Of a stretch of DNA of 64,000 bases, positions 29,342 to 36,498 are shown one piece after another. The stretch comes from an uncultured Bacteroidota bacterium (GTDB lineage: Bacteria > Bacteroidota > Bacteroidia > Bacteroidales > WCHB1-69). A model generated the notes under the pieces. That model was not told where the DNA came from and did not search any database. It saw nothing but the letters and a program-made list of their open reading frames with translations. Within the stretch, counting starts at the first letter, position 1. Every line of letters starts with the position of its first letter. The stretch covers positions 5,639-69,638 of the forward strand of contig CACXUB010000005.1 of assembly GCA_902770735.1 (NCBI GenBank), written 5' to 3'. Made by a program: the position numbers and the translations under genes.

Positions 29342-31060
29342 TTATTTGGGAACATCTTGTACGAGGCGGACACTCATTCCGTAAAGTCGATAAGTGTAGC
29401 TTTTGGGATCCACGCCTACTTCGCTAAACGCCCAGTCGTATGCACAAGCGTTGTTATAAGCGGTTGAACACCAATAATGTCCAGTCCCAGGAATCCATTC
29501 CAAACCACCTCGAGCACCCGCCTCGGGAAGGAACACGGCACCGGCATCTTCCATCTTTTTCCATTGTGACACACTATAGTTGATCGTGTATTTTGCCGTG
29601 TCAATGTTGATTTTTTCCGGCAAAGCGATGTCGTCGGGATGTTGGTATTGGTCTGGAAAAAGAACAAGGCCTAGCACACCGTTCACAATGGCTTTGACAA
29701 AACGTGCGTTTGGAATGCCTTTCACCGTCGAGGCGTTCCTTGTCTGGCACAAATAGACAGCTTCGTCTTTTGTCAGCGTACGCCATCGTCCGGGCATGTT
29801 TCCTCCGTTGGATATGGCGTTATAGATACCCCAGTCAGCGAAAGCGAAAGAGTCGGTGAGAGAATTTTCCCATTTGCCGCCAGGATAGTACCCTATGTTC
29901 TCAATAGCCCACGAATAGGGCTCATAACTCACCGTACCGCTGTTCCAACCGCTCGTTCCGAAGCCGAAATGGTCGATCCAGTCTTCATAATGGGGGGAAA
30001 TGTTGGCATTTGACATCCCAATGAAGTCATACTGGTTTTCAGCGAAACGCCACGTGCCTTGGGCAATGCCATCGGCGGTGCGATGCTTGCCGGCGGCGCT
30101 ATATTGAAGGTTGCCTTGCGAGAAGCGCACTTGTTTGTCCGGAGCCACGGAGAACACGCCATTTAATGCGCCCGCCAACGGTGAAGAGTCGTCAACGGCA
30201 TGGCGTATCCTATATTCTTCTATTTTGTTGGATATAAATGAGATAGGATGAAGAAACGCACATAACAGTCCAATCAAGATCAATGCCGCCCCTGCAATGA
30301 AAGGCATAGATTTGCGTTTGCAATCTGTTTTTTCAATATTGTGAAGGACTTCTTCAGCAAGCGGGTATCGTTTTTCTTTCTGAGGTTGGAGACATTTGCG
30401 CACTACATTGCCGTAGCGTGTAGGAAACAGTTGCTTCAGAATCAGTCCGAAGGCGTAGAGGTCGGTGCGGTTATCAATCTCGCCGTTGCTTAATTGTTCC
30501 GGGGCGGCGTACGATTGGGTGTAGGCGGGCTCCTTGAGGATGGTGAACGAACGGCTATCGGCAAAGCCGAAGTCGATGATTTTCACGTGGTTTCCATCGT
30601 TTGTAATCAGAATATTGGAGGGCTTCAGATCTTGGTGCACGACTTGTTTCCGGTGATAATAGGCCATTGCCTCAAGCAGTTCCTGCACGATTTGCCGCCG
30701 TACCGTTTCCGATGGGTTCTTCTGCAAGAACTCGTCTAACGTACATCCGTCCACGTATTCCATTACGATGCAGTCGCCGACCTCAGGGTCCTGCTCGATG
30801 ATGAGGGCGCGAACGATGTTGGGATGGGTCAGATTCACCATCAGGGAAAACTCTTTAGAAATCATCGCCGTGTATTGCGGGTCGGCGGCGTACTCCGGTT
30901 TGAGGCCTTTCAGTATGTACTTTTGGCCATATCGTTGTGCACAGAACAGGCGGGAGTAGCCGTTGGAGGGCAGCTCCATATAATCGGTGAAGCGGTTGGA
31001 AACGTTCACGTTCTGCGCCGAGACCGGTCCTGAAGAGGATATGTCGTTGTTGAATTTCAT
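29342..31060 (-). CDS. transmembrane Hanks-type Ser/Thr protein kinase (non-RD) with extracytoplasmic lectin-like domain
   Basis: Catalytic loop VHQDLKPSN (Q replaces the R of HRD), DFGFA, YAAPE. One TM helix (IAGAALILIGLLCAFLHPI, encoded ~30233-30307). Ectodomain contains GNLQY...WRFAENQYDFIG...WRTLTKDEAVYL...YWCST...YGMSVRLVQD. The track start at 31084 is TTG; I prefer ATG 31060. Confidence 0.88.
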   Translation of the reverse strand: MKFNNDISSSGPVSAQNVNVSNRFTDYMELPSNGYSRLFCAQRYGQKYILKGLKPEYAADPQYTAMISKEFSLMVNLTHPNIVRALIIEQDPEVGDCIVMEYVDGCTLDEFLQKNPSETVRRQIVQELLEAMAYYHRKQVVHQDLKPSNILITNDGNHVKIIDFGFADSRSFTILKEPAYTQSYAAPEQLSNGEIDNRTDLYAFGLILKQLFPTRYGNVVRKCLQPQKEKRYPLAEEVLHNIEKTDCKRKSMPFIAGAALILIGLLCAFLHPISFISNKIEEYRIRHAVDDSSPLAGALNGVFSVAPDKQVRFSQGNLQYSAAGKHRTADGIAQGTWRFAENQYDFIGMSNANISPHYEDWIDHFGFGTSGWNSGTVSYEPYSWAIENIGYYPGGKWENSLTDSFAFADWGIYNAISNGGNMPGRWRTLTKDEAVYLCQTRNASTVKGIPNARFVKAIVNGVLGLVLFPDQYQHPDDIALPEKINIDTAKYTINYSVSQWKKMEDAGAVFLPEAGARGGLEWIPGTGHYWCSTAYNNACAYDWAFSEVGVDPKSYTYRLYGMSVRLVQDVPK

Positions 31061-31080
31061 TCCGTGGTAAAAGGCTTTAT

Positions 31081-32202
31081 TCAATCCATGTTCTGCAAAT
31101 ACTCCGACAGATAGGGTACGGCAAACACCAACTCTCCACGACGGGGGGATTCGATAACTCCCGCCTCTATGAGACGCTTGCGATAAGGCTGTATGGCCGG
31201 ACCCTTCCGTCCAAGCTTGGACTGAAGCCTGCTGGTGGTCGCCGGCTCACCGCAGTGAGCAAGTGCCTTAAGGAATACCTTGTCATTGTCTGACAGCGAA
31301 TTCAGTATCGGCTTGAAGACGTTGTCATCCATATCAGCCAAGGCAGCCTTCTTCGCCTTGTCCATAATCTCGTCAGTAACAACGCCATCTTTCGGAGTGT
31401 ATTGAATCATATAGTAGCCAATCAATTGCATGAGATATGGGAAGCCGCGGGTTGAAAGTGCCGCACGGTCGAGTATATCGTCCGAGACCTTTATCTTGAT
31501 TGACTTGAAGGCACGCTCATAATAGGCTCTGATCAAGTTGGTCGATAACGGTCCCAATTCCACTTTGACGGCACGGTTCAGAAAGGTGAGCACACTGTCG
31601 TTAAGTAAATTGGAAATGGAATATGGCAGTCCCGCCATTGCTATCGCAATGTCCTTCCGATCGCCAATCAGTTCCTGATAAGCGGCAGCCACCTCGCGCA
31701 TGGCTGTCGAAGTGCGCACTTCGTCTATGAGGATAAGTGCCCCTTTACCCTTTTCTGCCAACTTATCGCATAGCAATGACATTTTCGAGCGAAATCCATA
31801 TTGCCGTTCTGCTGCTTCTGAAAAAGTCAGACCAAATGAAAACCCGAGCGCACCGGCGGTCACACCCGACAACTTCTTTTTTTCGTCATCGAAGTATTTC
31901 GAACCATTCAGTTGTAATTGCTCGATGATGGCTTTCGGCATCCCCTCGTGAGCCGTCACGCGGGCAACAACGTACCCCTCTTTCTGCGCACGGTCGTTGA
32001 GTTCAAGCAACAGGGCTGTCTTGCCCATGCCTCGTTGTCCGAGAAACAACGTGCAGCGGTTGCGCGACCCTACAGGCTCTTTCAGTCCCGCCATAAACTG
32101 TTCAATCACGCCATCGCGACCGATATATTGCATCGGACGGTTACCGAATGTAGGCTGAAACAGTTTCTGAGCACTTTCATAAAAATCCTCTTTCTTTCTC
32201 AT
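31081..32202 (-). CDS. AAA+ ATPase (Arch_ATPase/ORC-Cdc6-like) with C-terminal winged-helix domain
   Basis: Walker A GQRGMGKTAL and Walker B ALILIDEV. C-terminal wHTH-like LSDNDKVFLKALAHCGEPATTSRLQSKLGRKGPAIQPYRKRLIEAGVIES. Its stop is 0-20 nt from the kinase start, suggesting an operon. Confidence 0.8.
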   Translation of the reverse strand: MRKKEDFYESAQKLFQPTFGNRPMQYIGRDGVIEQFMAGLKEPVGSRNRCTLFLGQRGMGKTALLLELNDRAQKEGYVVARVTAHEGMPKAIIEQLQLNGSKYFDDEKKKLSGVTAGALGFSFGLTFSEAAERQYGFRSKMSLLCDKLAEKGKGALILIDEVRTSTAMREVAAAYQELIGDRKDIAIAMAGLPYSISNLLNDSVLTFLNRAVKVELGPLSTNLIRAYYERAFKSIKIKVSDDILDRAALSTRGFPYLMQLIGYYMIQYTPKDGVVTDEIMDKAKKAALADMDDNVFKPILNSLSDNDKVFLKALAHCGEPATTSRLQSKLGRKGPAIQPYRKRLIEAGVIESPRRGELVFAVPYLSEYLQNMD

Positions 32203-32206
32203 TTAC

Positions 32207-32262
32207 TTTGTTTTATTCTTCTTTATTCTCTTTTATTCTTCTTTATTTTCCTTTATTCTTTT
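32207..32262. repeat. tandem ~9-10-bp repeat TTCTTTATT(C/T) x~6 (purine-rich AAGAATAAA on the transcribed minus strand)
   Basis: Read directly. Forms most of the 5' leader of the ATPase gene. Confidence 0.85.
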
Positions 32263-32269
32263 TCGGATG

Positions 32270-32277
32270 CAAAAATA
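32270..32277 (-). promoter_or_regulatory. -7 box TATTTTTG for the ATPase-kinase operon
   Basis: Exact match on the minus strand, 68 nt upstream of start 32202. The leader consists of a purine-rich tandem repeat. Confidence 0.55.
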
Positions 32278-32333
32278 TAAAAAAGAACGACATGTACATG
32301 CAAAATGGCTTCCCTGTATCTGATTATTTTTCT

Positions 32334-32341
32334 TATCTTTG
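32334..32341 (+). promoter_or_regulatory. -7 box TATCTTTG preceding the structured-RNA candidate
   Basis: Exact match with no protein start nearby. The nested hairpin begins ~12 nt downstream. Confidence 0.45.
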
Positions 32342-32346
32342 CAAGT

Positions 32347-32487
32347 TCGAAACCTGGAAAATTTCAAATGCAATGCCGAGAGGAATCCGAAGATGCTTGC
32401 GGTTCACAGCCGTGAGCTTTCTTTGTTTGGCATTGCAGGTTTTTCCAGGACCTCGGACTCGAAACAATGAAGTTCGCGGTTTTTTTA
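32347..32487 (+). ncRNA. candidate structured small RNA in the divergent intergenic region of the accessory island
   Basis: Own -7 box at 32334-32341. Three nested stems: 32353-32361/32441-32449 (9 bp), 32369-32377/32429-32437 (9 bp), 32395-32402/32410-32417 (8 bp, including two G·U pairs valid only on the + strand). A T7 run at 32480-32486 follows a weak hairpin. Confidence 0.35.
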
Positions 32488-32561
32488 TGCCCTTTTAGAA
32501 AGACTTCGGAAGGCGAGAAAAAGAACCAGAAAAGAACCTAACTGCATGAAAATGAATGTGG

Positions 32562-32569
32562 TATTTTTG
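32562..32569 (+). promoter_or_regulatory. -7 box TATTTTTG for the 1006-aa FISH-domain protein
   Basis: Exact match, 22 nt upstream of ATG 32591. Confidence 0.65.
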
Positions 32570-32590
32570 CAAAATAAAAAATCAAAAGAT

Positions 32591-35500
32591 ATGAATAAGA
32601 GAAAACTTACATTCACAACAATGTTGCTGCTGACCATAGCCTTCGCAATGGCACAAAAACAAACGGGAACTCCTTGTCCAACTTCAGTTTCAGACTATGA
32701 CGGGAATACTTACAATGTGGTTCGGATAGGCGATTTATGTTGGATGAGGGAGAATTTACGTTCTACCCACTATGCCGATGGAACAAGTGTCGATTTTGAA
32801 AGAACAGAAAGTACTATCACAGGATTCTTATATGCTTGGAATGTTGCCAAAGGAATAGAACGAGGCAAACAGGGGGTTTGTCCAGATGGATGGTACTTGC
32901 CCAGCGATTGGGAATGGCAACAAATGGAGATTGCGTCTGGTGCCGTTGACAAAGCATCGGCAAATAAAATGAATAATAGAGGAAACTATGCCTATAAGCT
33001 TTGCAGCAATATAAAAAACGTATGGTCAGAAGGATATTCTAGTAGTTACTATTCAAGCAATCCCTATTATCCTGACGGAAAATGTAATACATCTGGTTTT
33101 AGTGCTTTACCAAATGAAGATGTTGTTTTTTTAGGTGTTATCGTAGGGAAGTGTACAAATTTCTGGACTGCCACAGAATTTGACAAAGACCATGCGCTCA
33201 CTCGACATCTTGAAAACAACAGCAACTCAATTTCTCGAAAAAAAGAAAAAAAATGGAATGCCTATTCTGTGAGATGTGTCTATGGGGCCGAAAATCAAGA
33301 ACAATACGAAGTGGAACGGAATGCAATCTCTGAAGAATCGACCGTAAATCAAATAGACAAACCAATACCAAGCGCTAATACAAACGACAAAGAAATTGAC
33401 ACTACTATATATAAGGTGTATGAAGCGGCAGACACAAGCGATACGTTAGCTATTTATGACAATGGCGATGTCTTGCATAAACTATGGTTGTCATCCATAA
33501 ATAAAAATATTGTCGGTGCTCTAATAAGTCAGCCTGACGGGAGGATTTATCGAGGTTTCTTATACTTAAGAAATGTTAATGAGCCGACAGATATACTGGC
33601 CCGTAAGTCGATAGACTGTCAACATTTGTTAGGTGCATACGAAGTGGGAGATTGGCTTGTAAATGTTGTGTATGCCGATAGCAGTGAGTGGGGGCCGATA
33701 ACGAAGACATGGGAATGTCCTAATTGGCGAAAATCTTCCGATGAAGAAGAAAAATACAATAAAAATTTTTATCTCATTCAGCAGATGCAGGGTCTTAAAT
33801 ATTATTATAAAACCAGTATCACCTTTAATAAAGACGGTACAGGTTACCAGACTTTTACAGTCGCTCCAGAAATCATTGCACAGCAAATATACACTGGTTA
33901 CAGCAATGGAATGACCGGAATGAACAGGAAAACGGGAGGCAGTATTCGAGGTGGCTATAAGTTCACCATTAATGGAAACGCAAAAATTAAATTCAAATGG
34001 TTATATAATAGTGATATAGATGCTTTGGGAATAGAATACGATTCAAAACCCACAATAAACACTACCGCGGCAATGACAGACAAGTTTGAGAAAGTCTATT
34101 TCGCGAACCGTCAACAGCATATAGCACAGGCAAAGCAAGATATAGCAACCAATCCTGAAGTAAAAGAATGGAAAGAGAAGGTCGCGAATGCATTGAAATT
34201 TTTGGCCTATCAGGGGGGGTATCGTTTTTATGGGATAACATTTATTTCTAACCACACATTGAGGCTTGTGCCCAAGTGGTTAGAAGATGATGAGTTGATC
34301 CCTGGAGACGACTGGATTGATTTTTACTCAAAAGACAAAGAAAATTTCTTTATTCCAAGCATAGATGAATTAATGACCTTAACTGATACCAGCACGTTGA
34401 AGCAGTATGAAAGTGAGGAACAAAAGGCGGCTCGCATTGCAGAAGAGAAACGGATAGAGGAGGCGAAACGGATAGAGGAAGAAAAGCGCATCGCAGAAGA
34501 GAAGCGCATCGCGGAAGAAAAAAGAAAATCACAGGCATTATTGTCGACCACATCCTCTTATTGCACGTCGTTGTTTGAAAATCTGCAAAAGTGTATTTCA
34601 GAAAAAACGGGCTATTTTGATTTTTCTGCTTTGGATGAGAGTTTTTACGAGCACTTTGACTTTTCCACATTATTGTCCACGGAGGAAACCACTTCTGCAA
34701 ACAAAGAATCAGTTCTGAATCGAAAATTGTACGCGTGGTTTCCTGTGTCCAACTACAGCCTTGATTCTGCTTTCCTTGTACCCAATGGAGAAGTATGTGT
34801 TATAAGCACACTTAACCGTAAAGAGTCGCCAAAGAATGTGTTTGACACCTATTTGACTTTACGGTTGCCGTTTGCAAACAACTCCACCATATTGATTGAT
34901 TCCATCTCATATAAAACCCAGCTGTGGCAGGATAATTCAGAGAAAAAATATGATATGAGAGAACAAATGATGATAAAAGACCAACTTCTTCTTGGCAAAT
35001 ACAAAAAAATCGCGCCATTTGTCGTGAAAGCCTATTTGAATTATCAAAAGAAAAATCAAATTACCATAAAGAAGCACTACCAGCAATCTGATCCGAATAT
35101 CCGACTGTTTACCATGTACCAAAATCTATATTTGGCCATTGCAAATCTGCGTGAGCACTCTATTGAGAAACAGAAATTCATAAGCACTTATGCCGGTAAA
35201 ACACATGCGGATGTTGTAAAAGTATTGGAATCGTTCATGAAGCAAAAACAAAGTGAATTGTTGCCGGAGAAAGAGATCCAAGATTTGCTCGGGGTTTTGG
35301 GTGTGATTTCAGATACGGAAGAAGAATGTTTGGATTTTCTGATGAATAGGAGAATCGTAGAGGAAAACCATCAGCAGATCAGCTCGAAAAAGAAGACGTG
35401 CAAATATATCGTTGATGCTTACGAAAAACATTTTAAATCGCTTGATCAATCATGGAATCCCTCTGAAAAAAACGATAAATTGGCAGGAGAAAGGGAATTG

Positions 35501-35611
35501 CAATGTAAGGTTCTGTCACTAATCAATAGCACTAATGCATCTGAATTGAATGCTAAAGCCAAACAGATGAAGAAAGAAAGTATTGAAGTAATGATAGAAC
35601 GGTTGAAATAG
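32591..35611 (+). CDS. large secreted protein: N-terminal Fibrobacter-succinogenes-major-paralogous (FISH/TIGR02145-like) domain plus ~750 aa of unknown, partly coiled-coil sequence
   Basis: Signal peptide MNKRKLTFTTMLLLTIAFAMAQ. DGNTYNVVRIGDLCWMRENL...CPDGWYLPSDWEWQQM...SGFSALP...FWTATE...YSVRCVYG. EEKRI tandem repeat present. AT-rich. Start set to ATG 32591, 22 nt after the -7 box. Confidence 0.8.
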   Translation: MNKRKLTFTTMLLLTIAFAMAQKQTGTPCPTSVSDYDGNTYNVVRIGDLCWMRENLRSTHYADGTSVDFERTESTITGFLYAWNVAKGIERGKQGVCPDGWYLPSDWEWQQMEIASGAVDKASANKMNNRGNYAYKLCSNIKNVWSEGYSSSYYSSNPYYPDGKCNTSGFSALPNEDVVFLGVIVGKCTNFWTATEFDKDHALTRHLENNSNSISRKKEKKWNAYSVRCVYGAENQEQYEVERNAISEESTVNQIDKPIPSANTNDKEIDTTIYKVYEAADTSDTLAIYDNGDVLHKLWLSSINKNIVGALISQPDGRIYRGFLYLRNVNEPTDILARKSIDCQHLLGAYEVGDWLVNVVYADSSEWGPITKTWECPNWRKSSDEEEKYNKNFYLIQQMQGLKYYYKTSITFNKDGTGYQTFTVAPEIIAQQIYTGYSNGMTGMNRKTGGSIRGGYKFTINGNAKIKFKWLYNSDIDALGIEYDSKPTINTTAAMTDKFEKVYFANRQQHIAQAKQDIATNPEVKEWKEKVANALKFLAYQGGYRFYGITFISNHTLRLVPKWLEDDELIPGDDWIDFYSKDKENFFIPSIDELMTLTDTSTLKQYESEEQKAARIAEEKRIEEAKRIEEEKRIAEEKRIAEEKRKSQALLSTTSSYCTSLFENLQKCISEKTGYFDFSALDESFYEHFDFSTLLSTEETTSANKESVLNRKLYAWFPVSNYSLDSAFLVPNGEVCVISTLNRKESPKNVFDTYLTLRLPFANNSTILIDSISYKTQLWQDNSEKKYDMREQMMIKDQLLLGKYKKIAPFVVKAYLNYQKKNQITIKKHYQQSDPNIRLFTMYQNLYLAIANLREHSIEKQKFISTYAGKTHADVVKVLESFMKQKQSELLPEKEIQDLLGVLGVISDTEEECLDFLMNRRIVEENHQQISSKKKTCKYIVDAYEKHFKSLDQSWNPSEKNDKLAGERELQCKVLSLINSTNASELNAKAKQMKKESIEVMIERLK
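34430..34527 (+). repeat. in-frame 15-bp tandem repeat encoding (A/E)EKRI(A/E)E x~6
   Basis: Encodes AARIAEEKRIEEAKRIEEEKRIAEEKRIAEEKRKS within CDS 32591..35611. Confidence 0.9.
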
Positions 35612-35677
35612 TATTAATAAAAAAACGAGAAAGCCGATTCGCGTGAAAGGAAGTAGGCAGATAAAAAAATATTTATT

Positions 35678-36295
35678 ATGGGATTTTTAAGTAATATGGC
35701 CGATGAGGCTGGGAAAAAAACAGGTAAGGCAATTGGTAACAAATTATTTGGCAGATATGCTGACGATGTACGAATTGGTTACGGAGAAATTGATGATAAC
35801 GGAGCCTCTTCTGCAAAAGCAGAAGTAAAAATAGCGAAAATCGAGGCTAAAGAAAGAAAAAAAGAACTAAAACTGAAAGAGAAATTTAAAGTAAAAGATA
35901 ATCTTCGTCAACAAATCGCTGAAATACAATCTATCTCTTTTGATACACAAAGTGTTAAAGCTAATATCAATGTTTTAATGCAACTGTCTTCAATCATCGA
36001 AAGTATTGACGAGGACGACATCGGTTCTTCTTGGGATGATGATGAAAATACCCTGCAACAGAAACTTTTGGATTCTGCTGAATCTAAATTAAAGATGGGT
36101 ATTAATCTTTGTAAAGCAATTGACCCAACTGATCCCACCATCACCATGTTTGAAAATGTGATAAAAGAGAAGCAAGAAGTGGCGGAAGAGAAAAAGAGAG
36201 AAGAAAAAAAGAATGACAAACTTGGATTTGGGCTTTTCTTTGGTTCAATTGGACTTATATTATTGATAGCAATCCTTGCATGGATATTTGGATAG
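35678..36295 (+). CDS. hypothetical tail-anchored coiled-coil protein
   Basis: 205 aa, charged/helical (KIAKIEAKERKKELKLKEKFK; QEVAEEKKREEKKNDK), with a single C-terminal TM helix LGFGLFFGSIGLILLIAILAWIFG. AT-rich like the upstream gene. Confidence 0.6.
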   Translation: MGFLSNMADEAGKKTGKAIGNKLFGRYADDVRIGYGEIDDNGASSAKAEVKIAKIEAKERKKELKLKEKFKVKDNLRQQIAEIQSISFDTQSVKANINVLMQLSSIIESIDEDDIGSSWDDDENTLQQKLLDSAESKLKMGINLCKAIDPTDPTITMFENVIKEKQEVAEEKKREEKKNDKLGFGLFFGSIGLILLIAILAWIFG

Positions 36296-36465
36296 TATTA
36301 TATATTTGAATGCTAATGTAATAAAGACCATACAAGATTTGCAAGATTAGGGTAAAGAATAGTTTGTGAAAATAAGGTGTTTAGCGTCCACGGCTTCCTC
36401 CAACGCGAGGTGCGGGAAATGAAACAGCTGGCAGCGGAAAGACAATAGTGCACCGTCCCTCCGAA

Positions 36466-36498
36466 ACTACCAACTACTAACTACTAACTACTAACTCC
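36466..36498 (-). repeat. tandem heptamers (minus strand TTAGTAG x3, TTGGTAG) directly after the GT9 stop
   Basis: Plus strand reads ACTACCA ACTACTA ACTACTA ACTACTA ACTCC. The stop (cta) is at 36499-36501. Confidence 0.9.

Noticed and set aside
32341-32357. GCAAGTTCGAAACCTGG resembles a tRNA T-arm (GGTTCGAAxCC), which could have marked a tRNA gene or an att site
   Set aside because: No acceptor, D or anticodon arms can be folded around it. The second TCGAAAC copy at 32458-32464 is too short to call a direct-repeat att site. It is better explained as part of the structured-RNA candidate.
32208-32498. 96-aa plus-strand ORF in the divergent intergenic region of the island
   Set aside because: It spans a tandem repeat, two promoter boxes and the nested hairpin. 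It has an F/L/S-rich low-complexity start and no sensible start context.
28680-36375. Calling the island a mobile element (ICE, transposon or prophage)
   Set aside because: No integrase, transposase, relaxase, phage structural genes, flanking direct repeats or intact tRNA target could be found. Only the compositional shift and a possible gene remnant support horizontal origin.
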